From contig OU015568.1 of assembly GCA_907165135.1 (NCBI GenBank), positions 4,402,001 to 4,466,000 of the forward strand: a stretch of 64,000 bases of DNA, in the 5' to 3' direction. The translations under genes were made by a program, and so were the position numbers. Below are positions 1-13,911 of the stretch, piece by piece. How positions within the stretch are numbered: the stretch's first letter is position 1; each line of letters opens with the position of its first letter. The notes below the pieces were generated by a model that saw nothing but the letters and a program-made list of their open reading frames with translations, did not search any database and had not been told where the DNA came from. The DNA comes from Oikopleura dioica (lineage: Eukaryota; Animalia; Chordata).

Positions 1-1363
1 AGCTCCTTGCGCTTAATCCATAAAATCAACAAATTCTATTTGCTTCCGGCCATATTGCAAGTTGCAATTCGAAACAGTTTTCATGCATTTGCGAAAGTCT
101 ACTCATTTATCCACTTATTCAAAAGTCTACATTTCAAAGTTCATAGTATGACCTTCATACTTCTGAATCATTCAAGTCAATAGAAGGATGAAAGAAACCC
201 TTAATTATTCGAAAGAGTACTAAAAGACTAAAAGGAAGGGAAACCGCAAGCTGCAGTGCCCCACTTTTTAGTGATGAAAAATTCAAAGCGTTTTTTGTGT
301 TATTTTCAAGCTCTTTCATCCTTCAGTTCTTTCAGTAAGAGAAATGACGGAAAACAACGAAGAAAGCGATTTTGCTGAGTGGATAAAAATGACCCTGGTG
401 ATTGGACTTTACGAGAAGGACTCAAATATTTGCGTTTCTGACTCGTCAATTGGCAATTGCTTTAGTTGCAATTTTAACAACATGGTTTTGAGTCCTCTTT
501 TCTAGCGTTTATGGCGACGGCCTTTTTGTCCTTGTCTCTGTGCCTTTCAATCACATGATGAAATAGTAATAAAGTTCAAGATTCAAATTCACTTTTTTAT
601 TTTTTGAAATTTACCTTTTCTTAGCTTCTTTATTTTTTCATCAAAAATCTCTTTTTACAATTTTCTTCGTTGATTTCTTCAATAAATGAAGCTCTCTTTT
701 TTCTCTTTATTTTTGTTGAAAACAATGAAAAATTCAAATTCGCGAAAAAGCGCTTCCTTTTTTGATTTTCGGTAAACAACTGATTTGTAATAAAAGAGGT
801 GGGAAATTAGGTGTACCCTTACTTTGAGCCTAGGTGGCCGCGTTTTCTCGCGAGTAGGGGCCAAAACGACGCTGCCGCTGTCCGTTTTCCGGGGGATGTG
901 GATCAAGAGGAGAGTAACGGTCACGCTCGGCGGCGGCTTATCGCACCACTCGGCCTTACCAGGGCCCTAATTGACCAGTCAAATGGACAAGTTGGGAAAG
1001 GAGATCTTTTACGCGCCGCTGATAACTTATCAAGGCAAAAGTGGTTTGATTTCTCTTCACAAAAATAATTTCTTTTTCAAAAACTATTTTTTGGAGTGAT
1101 AAAGCCGCAAGCGGCTTTTTTTGCTTTCTGAAAAAAAAATTCAGTGACTTACGTTTTTGACAATTTTCTTCGGCCTAGAACTCGTTGTCGGCGCAGAAAT
1201 CTGCCTTTTCGGTGGAATTCTGGAAATATCTCTTGAAGGGTTGGCTTCGGAAACGGAAACGACGGATTTTCGATCAGCTTCGATATCGGAATTGCTGATA
1301 TTTGAGTTGCTAAAACGCGGATCATGATGAGTAGGAAAGGATAATTTGTTTATGGTTTACGGT

Positions 1364-2194
1364 GAGTGGTCTCCGTTTGCCCAAGTCGCCGTTTGCCCAA
1401 GTCGTCGTCTGCCCAAGATCGCCGTTTGCCCAACTTGGGCAGACGGAGACTTGGGCAAACGGCGATCTTGGGCAGACCCAAAACCTCAGGGAGACGGACG
1501 GTGCCGGAACCAAATTGGTACCCTGTACCAAAGTCAAGCATATTTTCTGGCTCATCAAAAAACTAATGTCCGCTCCGCGGCTGCAGTGTGAGGAAACTCT
1601 ATTTATGGTTAAGTTGATTTTTTGTAAGTTTACCCTACGAATATACCTAATGACCGACCGAATATACTTCAAGTATAATGAATGATTAACTCTTCCGGGA
1701 ATAGTTTATTAGGACTTTTATTGGGAATTTAGCGACTTTCATAATTAAACCATCCATTACGAAGGCTCTTCGTTATCAATGTAAACGATGTCATAATTCG
1801 GAAAGCTTCCGTAGAGTCCACGATACTGTTTTTTCATTTCGCCTCTTATTTATGTTTTTATGCTCAAGAATTTATTCGAAAATCGGATACAACTATTGAA
1901 AAACAATATAAGAAAATTGTGGTGGTCAAGGATCCACGGTTAATAACCGTTCAAAAGACATCACAGGACAACCTTTGTTTTCACCTGAAAGTTTCCGCAA
2001 ATCAGAGCGCAACCAGCAGACTAAGTTATGATGATAAAATTGTCGCCTTACTTCTATCATTTTATGATCAATCAATTAAAAAAAAATTCACATCGCCGTT
2101 TGCCTAAGATCTCCGTCTGCCCAAGTTGGGCAAACGGCGACTTGGGCAGACGGCGACTTGGGCAAACGGCGACTTGGGCAAACGGAGACCACTC
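1364..2194. mobile_element. Non-autonomous foldback/MITE with long TIRs and 9-bp TSD (Mutator/MULE-like)
   Basis: Ends GAGTGGTCTCCGTTTGCCCAAG (1364) and CTTGGGCAAACGGAGACCACTC (2194) are reverse complements, with ~110-bp TIRs made of 15-16-bp units. Identical flanks GTTTACGGT at 1355-1363 and 2195-2203. No long internal ORF. A 9-bp TSD with G-terminal long TIRs is typical of MULEs. Confidence 0.88.
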
Positions 2195-2318
2195 GTTTAC
2201 GGTATCTGACGGAATCGTAAAGAAATAGACACTAATACGGTCATTTTTTTGTTGAAAATTTCAAATGAGAAGTCTTTTTGGGCATTTCAAAAAAAGGGTT
2301 CCCACCCTTTTAAGTTAA

Positions 2319-2493
2319 GGGTACTAGTAGTGGTACTAACTTAGTACTACCTTCGATGTTAAAGATAGAAAAACGGCTCTGACAGATTAAAGGGCTTAGT
2401 AAGATCTACTTAGAGACCCCTTTTGATAAGCTCTAGCATTTACAGGTTTGGAGTTATTCAGGGCCAAAATTTTGGAAATCGAAGGTAGTACCC
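2319..2493. mobile_element. Short MITE with TTAA flanks (Kolobok/piggyBac-type target)
   Basis: TTAA(2315-2318)+GGGTACTA...CCTTCGAT on the left (interrupted by ~23 bp); ATCGAAGGTAGTACCC+TTAA(2494-2497) on the right. A TTAA TSD with purine-purine termini fits Kolobok. Confidence 0.55.
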
Positions 2494-3608
2494 TTAACGC
2501 ATGAACGCACGAAATATTTTTCCTGCTGAACGCATATTGCGCAGATTTCTGCGCAGCACCTTTAGAGCGCTCTAGCGACGATTGTGGTCGAGATTTGAAA
2601 ATACCAAAGCTATCAAAATGAAGCTCAGACGCTTGCAAAGAAGCCAATAATAATTCAAAATCCTAACCCTAACCCGAACCTCACTTAAAATAGTGATTTC
2701 TAAAGTTACCCGAAAATGAGCCAGGTTTGTCCATTTTTTTCTATTTCATTGATCTCAAATACAAATGTACAAAATAGATATTCATGATAAAATTTATGTT
2801 TTATTTGATGCAGAAATGCGATAAAAAGTCGAAAAAATATTTTTTATCGACAGAAAAACTGTTGCAGAACTGTTAAAACGCTAACAAAACATTATTCGAA
2901 AATATCGGAAATTTTCGTTCTGAAGCCAAATTTTTACCCTGAAATCAAAATTTTTTTTCGATGCCAGATTCGGATTCCTCATCGAAAAAGAGCTCCTAAA
3001 GTGGGGGTCCATTTAAAAATTTGGTCAAGTAAAGTACGAGATATCGAGCTTTAAAGGGGCTCTGCGCAGAAATCTGCGCAATATGCATTCAAGCGTTAAC
3101 AGGAAAAAATTGTGAGAAAATTCTGCTAAAACTCGTTAACAACAGTCGATACTTTAATAACCTAAGCAGAAAATAACGAGCAAACTAAAGTATTTTCAAA
3201 TACCAAAACGGATCAAAAACTAACCTGTCTAAATACTCCGCTTCTTCGTCTAAACTTTCCGTCAAACTGGGGTGATGCTTCATTCGGGAAACTGGACAGA
3301 ATCTCGGGAAAATCGCAAAACGAGTATTTTTAGGAAGCGATCGCATTTTCAACTCTACGAAATCAGAATGGAAATTCTGTTCGATCATTTTTTTTCTCTT
3401 TTTTCTTTTCGTAAAATTTGCGAATCTGTTAGGGGCTCGTTAAAGAAACGCAGAGAGACGTAAAGATATGATTCGGGATTGGCAAATAGAACGAATCAGG
3501 AAAAATTTGAGGGATTTTTTTAAAAGAAAAAAGCTAAAATTTTTTTTAGCTAAAATCGGGCAGAACCAAAAATAGGAAAACAATTTTATAGAAGTGAATT
3601 TTTGGATA

Positions 3609-3761
3609 ACCAATAAGATTGCTGTATTTCGCCCACTGGCCAATGAAAACCCTGATCCATAAAATCACTTTCATGAATTGGTTTAACCCCAAAAACGGAA
3701 GTTATTTTTTGGATCTTGGTTTTGATTGGCCGGTAGGCCAAATACAGCAATCTTATTGGCT
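3609..3761. repeat. Palindromic dispersed repeat (ACCAATAAGATTGCTGTATT family, MITE-like)
   Basis: Arms ACCAATAAGATTGCTGTATTTCGCCCACTGGCCAATGAAAACC and GGTTTTGATTGGCCGGTAGGCCAAATACAGCAATCTTATTGGC are near reverse complements. Further partial copies at about 25250-25360, 48955-49015, 51354-51420 and 61612-61700. Confidence 0.75.
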
Positions 3762-6700
3762 ATAAAAAAATCATCAGAGATTTCTGTCTCCTCCCTTTCC
3801 TGAGTTCTAGTGCTTCCCTCGTGCCAAGTATTGGGCCTTCCGGAATTGCTCTCCCTTCTTTTTCTCGACGAAACTCGCGCTGGATCGGATCGTTTGCTAG
3901 AAAATCAGGAATGCAAATGTTTAACGGAAATAAAACTGAAAGTAAGCAAATCAGCACATGCAAACATAAAACGTAACACTTAAAAACTGGCGACAAAAAG
4001 CAAAGCTTTTGACTTTTTTGGTTTCTCGTAGAAAAAATTTAGTGGTATTTTAAAAAGCCTGGAAGTTGATTTACCGGACTCGAGGGTATGATGCATTTTT
4101 TCGCCTTCCACGAAGATTTTCATAAAAAAATCTTGAAATCTCGAAGCCGCGCGCGGCTTCCCTTTTTTACTCAATTTTCCAATAGTCAAAAGCCGCTGCA
4201 AAAATATTGAAAAAAAAGCCGCGCGCGGCTCTTTTAATAATGAAATTTTCCGAAAGTTTTTTAAGAAAAAAAAACCGCAAAAATGCGGCTTTACTTTTCA
4301 AAATTCAAAATCTCCTCCTTCGAACGACTCTTTCTGCCATGGTTTCTCTTTTTGTCCGGTCTTGACTGTATAATGAACTTTTGAAAAAAAAGACGGTTAA
4401 CTGTAACGGGGAAATCAAATTTACTTTTGGCTTGTTATCGGGGGAAATTTGAAAGTTGGAAATTTACCTTGAAGAGGCGGATCCCGATGATCTACGGGTC
4501 GCATTTCTACGTCTTTTTGGATTTATTGAATTTCATAGCGACACCCTTAAGCGCAAGAATGTTTTTTTTCCTCTCAAATCGAATTTTCTATTATAAAAAA
4601 ACTCATCTAAAGTGCAAGAATTAGATGGTCAAAGTTCATTTTCGAATTCTGAGTTTTTTAAAATAAGGTGGCGATACCCTTAATTTATAAATCCGAACAT
4701 GGCTAAGCGAAGATTCTGTTCTCTGCATTACTCTTATTTTTGTTGGTCTGGTTAGTGCAAACTTCTGAAAAAGTTTGTTTTCATCGCTGTTTTATTATTA
4801 GCCATGAGCAAACAGCGAGTCATAAAAAATTCTCATAAATTTCAAAAATAGTAAATTTTCAAGTGCATCCGCTCGGCACCTGTCCTTTTTTGGCGCCGAT
4901 AATGGTCCCAAAGCTCTACTGTAAAAATCAGATCACAAGACGAGTACTGTATTTTATCAGCTCGATAAAATACTGAATTATGCTTGTTTTTGCGTAAGTT
5001 CAAATCATCAATTTCTAAGAAAAAAAAGAAGCCATCCAAAAATTAAAGGCACGCTTGCATTGAGAAACTAAACTTACAAGTTCGAGCAATTTATTTCGGC
5101 AACGGATTGCCTTCGACAAGTTGGGCGGTCTTTTCGAATCGGTCTGATCAAAATAATGATTTTTAGATGTCTTAAATGACTGTAAATTTTACTGCTCTGG
5201 GCTAACAAACCTGTGTCAGGGATTTCTAAAAGAGCTATATTTAAAAGCCGCGTAGCGGCTTTCTCGAAAACAAAGCCGCGCAGCGGCTTTGCTAGATATA
5301 AACTAAAGGGTCTAGGTTTTTTTGGCAAAGCCGCTGAAAAAGCCGCAAAAATAAGGACCCTGACTCAGGTAAAAAAAAATATTTTTTTCTTTCGAAATTT
5401 TCGTCTCAAAAAATTTCTTACCGTAAAAATCCAGCCGTCAGGGAATTCTTTCTTTTCAGCGGCTTCGGTTTTTCGTCGAATCTGTCTCTATTTTTCAACT
5501 CTTCTTCAAAATTTTCGTCGATCGAATTCTTCAAATCGAACTGCTCATTCTCGGGATGCGTGAATAAACTCTTCGTTGATCCATATTTTTGGGAGTTCTT
5601 CAAAGTAGAATTTGCAGAACTGGAGCTGCTGCTGGAGAGATTCTGGTTGAAAAAAATTGTTATTTGAAGAAAGATAAAAAAATGAGGACCAAGTGTGAGG
5701 AGCTGCCGTACAATTATCAATGAAAAGGGCCACATGCCACGAGAACTGACAGGACAAAAGGACGTTCTAAGAGTCGCTTAGAATTTTTTGTACCGCCGCC
5801 AGAACGGAAATAGTTCGAAAATAAGGGCGAACAGAATTGTTCCCTGATTTTAATTTTTTGCTCGATTTTTTGAGATAAAATTTTTATTATTTTAGTTTAA
5901 TCTTATAAAAAAAGCTCCAACCCTTATTTTGGGCAGCTCAAATCGACAAAAAACCGCGAAATAAAGACCAAAATATTGGTCAATTTTTGACCAATCGAAT
6001 TTCCCCATTCGGTCGGTTAGCCAATCAGATTTCGAAAGAAAATTTTTGGAAAATTCGAATTTTTGTCGGATTCTTTTTTGTCGATTTGAGCGGACAACCC
6101 TTATTTTTTTCATAAAATAAACAAAACTTACGAGAGCATCAGAAACACCATTCTTAAAAATCTGGCCCAAGTCGGACACCGATCTCAAAAACTGTCTTTT
6201 CCTCCTCAAATTCTCTCTTTTCCCGCTTCTTTTCATCACGATTTCCTCTCTCTATTTTTCTTTTCAACTATTTTTGTCTCTATCGTAAAATATTAAATTA
6301 TTCGATCCAAATGATAAATAAAAAGAGAGTGATCTACCACTCTTGACAGCAGTTCAACTTTTTGGGACATGGTAGGAGTAGTAGCCGACTCAGAGAAAAT
6401 TAAGGAGGATCATTTTATGATTCATTTGAGTCCAAAAATTATTCACGGAATCGTGGATTAAGGCTCTCCCCAATTAAAAAAAGCTATATAACGAACTTTA
6501 AATTACTTCCCAGCTCGACAATCTTTCAGCAAAACCTGACTCAGGGTCTGACTCAAGGTTGAAGAAAAGATTGAGAATTTTTTCTTTGAAAAAGCCGCAT
6601 TCGGCTTCGTTTTTTGGCCGCTTTGCGGCTTTCTTTTTTCAAAGATTTTTCAGGACCCTGACTCAGGTTTTCAACACAGGTTTTCTAGCGCTTTTTTTAC

Positions 6701-9490
6701 CTGGATTGAAGAAAAATGCTTCGCCTTTCTCAATCTTCCTGAATTTTCATCTGCTCCTGTAGTTGTTCGGCTAAAAATACAGTAGCGAATCGTTTATAAA
6801 GCCAGTTTTTGTCAGCTGAGGGACGGAAATTCCGGGTTATTTTTTATTACCTGGGACGGCGACCAAAGAGAAAATTCATTTCGCCAGTTGCGTGTCAATT
6901 CGACTGTACAATTACCAATATACAGTTATTTGAGTTTTCTTTGAGATTCAATTTTTCAGTTTTCTTTGTTTTCTGCGATTTTTCTTGCCGATTTCATTCT
7001 TGAAAAAGAAAAGTTTTTTGCTTTTTAAATTTTGAAATTTGAAATTGTTGAAATTGAAGTTGCCAAGAGGGGGGCTATTTTTCTGGATAATCTCTTTAAT
7101 GAGCGCGAGTTGTGAAGCTTGCCGAGGCTGCAATTTACTTGTAGATCGTTAAATAATGTCTGACATGTGACAGACATCAATTGTGCTCGATATAATAACA
7201 AAATGTTAACGAAGCAGCTTCTCTATTATTTTTAATAAACACGAATTCAGAAAAGCTGAGTCTTTACCAATAAAAATTTTACAGTCTTTAACTTTTGTTC
7301 GTTCTTTTCAATTTAAAATGTGCAGCTTTCTGGTGTTTTGGCAAAGGTCAAACAAGAGTGACTCTTGACGCAACGTAGAAAGCTGCATTTCCATTGTACT
7401 CGCCGCCGTCCGCCCGGATAAGCCCTAAGTCAACACGCGCCCCAGGTCAATCAAAAATATCATTGCTTCTATTTCCCCCAAACCGAATTCTAGCTGAAAA
7501 ATAAACCTTCATATTTCAAAATTTTGCTTCATATTTCAAGTTGAAATTTTGAACGAAAAATCATTAAGAAAAATGAAATTGTTTTTTTATTTTTTTTCTT
7601 AATGAATAATATATTTTGCGATTTTAAAATATTAAAGAAATAATTAAAATAAGATTAAATTGAAGAAATAATTCAAAATCAAGCCAACAGATTTAAAGAA
7701 TAAGGCAAACGCAAATTCGGTCCGGTTTGCCCCGGGGCGTGAGACTGGAGCACTCTCACTCTCAGAGTGTTTTATTAAACTCTATCTATAGATTGTTTAT
7801 CTTGAGCTTATCCTCCCGCAGGAACGGATTTACGAGATCAAACGATCAAATTATATAACGATTTTTCTTTCAATTTCATAAAATAGAAAAATTTCAATAT
7901 TTTTTAAATTTTCATAATTTCGAAAATGATTTTGTCTCCATTATAAAAATTCAAGGTTGAGACTCACTATTGATTGTTTCAAAAAAATCTTCGTTTTCGA
8001 AAATCTCTGTCAATCTCAAAAGACTTCCTTTTTCTTAAAATCTTTTGAAAATCCTTCGACAATCTCTTATTTCCAAGCCCAGCACATGTTTTAGCATGAA
8101 TTGCTTGTCATGGCTGAGCTAATCCGCCTTTTCAATCGACTCTGAATTTTCTCTTCATCCGGCGAAAAGCCCGGAGCAAAAGCTGAAAGGCCCTGGGGCG
8201 CGAGCAAAAAATGTGTTTAATTATTAAGAAAAAAGAATTTGGTTATTATTATTTTAGGCGGAACCATAAAGCTGACTTTTCAGCGTCGTAAATCACACTT
8301 GCCAGACTTGACCATCCGCCGGGCGGGGAACTTTATAGGCTAATTAGAGGACAAATAAATGGTCAAAGTATCGAAAAACCACAGCGATAAATATCAGAAA
8401 TTTTTCGTAAAAGAAACATTTTTCTCTGGATTAAATTGTGCGTAGCGTTTTTTTTTGTTCTTTCAAGAGGTGTTAAAATTTTAATTTTAAAAAGCCAACA
8501 AAGCTCAAGTGGACTCGGGGGCTATTCTAAAGAGGCATGTTTTTAGTGAGATACAAAACAAGATTTTTATGTTATCTTGGAAACAAGAAAAAAGACAAAA
8601 AATAAATTGTCATAACCCCAAAGTTTTTCCTGAGATCTTCAATTTGTTCACAAAACCTGACTCAGGCCCTGACTCAGGGTCCTTTAAAACCTTCGATGAA
8701 ACCCCGGAGCGGCTTTATCAAAGTTTTTTCCAGGACCCTGACTCAGGTTTTCCACTGATACTGACAACCCTAGCCCTAATTCTCAACCTTTACCTTAAGG
8801 GTGTCAACAAGTTAATTATTTTCTTCTGCGAGGACTTTCTTCTTTCTATCTCTCGAATGATTTTCTTTCCTCCTTATCTGACAAAGCTCTTTCTTCGTAA
8901 AAATGGTAGATCAAATACAGTCAGATCGGCTCTGTTAAATCGCGGGGCAACTTCCAAGATCAAATAGAAAATTGTCCTTTGTTCGGGTGAGCTGATAAAT
9001 GCCTATCTGACGAGTAGCAGCGGTAAAATTTATTATGGCGAGGCAGAAAAAAATGGTCGCGTATTGTAAATTTGGTGCTTCTTGTGCAAATAGAAACAGG
9101 TGAAAATCGACTTCAAACGTCATAATTATCATGTTTGGAGATGCTTCCAACTTTCAACGCGTCACGAAAAGTACCTCTTCGAATTTTTAATTCAAACATC
9201 CTAAGAGGTGAATTTCCATGACAGGTCTTTTCCACTTCATAACTTCACGTGACCACAACTATCATCATTCTTCCAGCAGCTGGAAGAGCCGCGCGAGCGC
9301 TGGAGGACTCGAGAACGCTCGCGCGCGCCATCGAAAATTGACGAAGATTCTAGAATCGACTTGAAAAGCGGCTCCTCCTCCAGTTTTCTCTCGCTTTTCT
9401 CCGGATTGTTATATAAATTGGCGACCAGAGTAAACTTCTTCATAACAAAAAATTCTTTATTGCCAAAATAAGAAAGAAGAGACATAAAAA

Positions 9491-9979
9491 ATGTTTTTCA
9501 ACGATCCTTTTTACACAACCAGCTTTCGACCAAATTACAGCTCTATGGCTCAGTATGCCGACAGAACTTGTAACTGTCCTGATTGTCGTCCTCCTCGGCG
9601 TCAACCTCGGCAGCAACAACGGAGAACACAACCAGTTCGACAACAACAACGACTTTTTCAAGATCCGTTTTTCGAAGAATTCCAACCTTCGAGAACTGTC
9701 CGACAAGAAAGGCCAAAGAAAAATCAGCCTTCCAAGGCAAATAATTCTCAATCAAAATCAACGAAACCGCCCGTTCCGAAACCACAGAAGGCAAGAACAA
9801 AGAAGAAACCAGTGGAAATTCCTGTAGAGATCGTCAAAGAAGGTCAACCTGTGCAAGAAAAGGTTGGCGATAGAAAAATTTTGACAAATATGGAGAACCT
9901 AGTAATAGAAGAACTTTCAACGCCGATTGAAATCAAAGAAGATCCTTTTTATGCTGACGAAGAAATCGTCATAGAATGA
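9491..9979 (+). CDS. Hypothetical 162-aa Q/R/P/K-rich protein
   Basis: Single clean ORF, ATG in AAAAATG context. Its C-terminal ~40 aa are paralogous to the C-terminus of the next gene, which supports coding status. Confidence 0.6.
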   Translation: MFFNDPFYTTSFRPNYSSMAQYADRTCNCPDCRPPRRQPRQQQRRTQPVRQQQRLFQDPFFEEFQPSRTVRQERPKKNQPSKANNSQSKSTKPPVPKPQKARTKKKPVEIPVEIVKEGQPVQEKVGDRKILTNMENLVIEELSTPIEIKEDPFYADEEIVIE

Positions 9980-10226
9980 TTTTTGTCTGCCCATTTTATA
10001 ATCTGCTGTTTTTTTTTCTCAAAATATTTACTTTTAATAAAAATCATGTTATTCACATCAATCAAGAGCATTTTCAACCCTTTTTGCAATAAATCAAGAT
10101 AAATTCTTTGGGTTAACGTCAATCGTCTCATATTCATGAGAAAGTCAATTTTGAGTCAAAACAAGAAATGATAAGGCTCTTGCGTTTCTCGCCAAAGCCT
10201 GAGATCTTCATTAATAGAAACGAAAA

Positions 10227-11003
10227 ATGACTGAAAAAGTTATTGACAAAATAAAAGAGTTTATTGAGGACCAAAGTACAGCCAAGCTTGGCATTCTTCT
10301 TACTTGTAAGTATTCTTGTTTTGAATTCGGTGTACTTTTTAATTCAGTTGTGTTTCTCCTTATGACTTTTTCGAACATTGTTCTGGTTTTTCTGCTCGTC
10401 CTCTTCGTCGTTCTACCCATCATCTTGATAAAGTGCTATCTTATGTATGAGAAGAGGGAGAAGCAAAAGCTTACTCTTCAACTTGAGCTCGCTCGATCAA
10501 AAAATCAAAAACCTCCGGCTCAAAATGCGCCACTTCGAGATGCCCAAACGGCCACGAATAAGCCTCTCCCATTGATACAATATTACCCGCAGCCAATTCC
10601 AGTCAGTAACAGTTTCTCGAAGCTTTCTTGATGGAACTTTATTCAGATTCCTTTTCCGTACTACCAACCTCAAGCCATAACACAGCAAAATCGACAAAAT
10701 GAAATTTCAAAAGGTAGGTTTATTGATTTCCAAAGCAGGAATCCTTTAGCAAAGTATTCAGATGCCACAAATAATAAGCAAGCTCAGAAGTCACCAAAAT
10801 CGTCCGCTTCAAACTCCCAGAAGATCGAGAAAAAAGATCAACCCGTTGAAATCAAAAATCAGCAAAGTCCAAGCAAGTCAAATAAAGTCGGAGATCGAAA
10901 AAATCTGACAAATAAAGCAGATTTTTTTATTGAAGAGCTTTCAGCACCCATTAAGGTCAAAGAAGATCTCTTTCATGCTGACGAAGAAATTGTTATTCAG
11001 TAG
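10227..11003 (+). CDS. Single-pass membrane protein sharing its C-terminus with the upstream gene (4 exons inferred)
   Basis: Hydrophobic stretch VFLLMTFSNIVLVFLLVLFVVLPIILI followed by a basic coiled-coil. GT-AG introns near 10306-10347, ~10600-10646 and ~10713-10758. Ends KVGDRKNLTNKADFFIEELSAPIKVKEDLFHADEEIVIQ* (TAG 11001-11003). Confidence 0.6.
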
Positions 11004-11248
11004 ATTCATTTTCCTGGTTTTATTATTGAGAAGATTCTCCTTTCAATAAAATTGAGTTATAAATAAAAATAAAAATTCTTCTTCGATTCATTCTGAAAGT
11101 CAGATTTTACGCAACCGCCAAACGCAGAATTTTATGTGGCAGTAACGAAAGAATAGAGAAGTTCTATTTGCCAAGCTATTCTTTCAAATTTTCGTTCAAC
11201 TTTTTCCCGCAATCTTTCTTTTACAAAAGAAATTTTAAACTTTCGACG

Positions 11249-13738
<2,490 letters not shown>

Positions 13739-13911
13739 TACAAACTCACTTCAAAATGCTCGTCGGTAAGATCGTTAAAACGAACCCAAAAAGCGGAATC
13801 AGAAGAGTTTTATGATCTGCGCGTAAAACCGGCGAATCGAGCATCATTTCAAAAATAAACTACTTTTCTTGTTGATTATTATTTCTTTCGAGAAATCATA
13901 ACAAACAGCTA

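Noticed and set aside
1364-1490. Regular 15-16-bp repeats resembling a CRISPR array
   Set aside because: The units are contiguous with no unique spacers, form the TIR of a TSD-flanked element, and lie in eukaryotic intron-rich DNA with no cas genes.
1322-2228. Multiple overlapping ORFs on both strands
   Set aside because: They are translations of the stop-poor TIR repeats. No transposase motif was found.
2661-2675. Telomere-like CCTAACCCTAACCC
   Set aside because: Only about two units, which is too short to indicate an interstitial telomere.
8509-8967. 152-aa ORF
   Set aside because: It runs through CCTGACTCAGG MITE remnants, has low-complexity composition and shows no recognisable domain.
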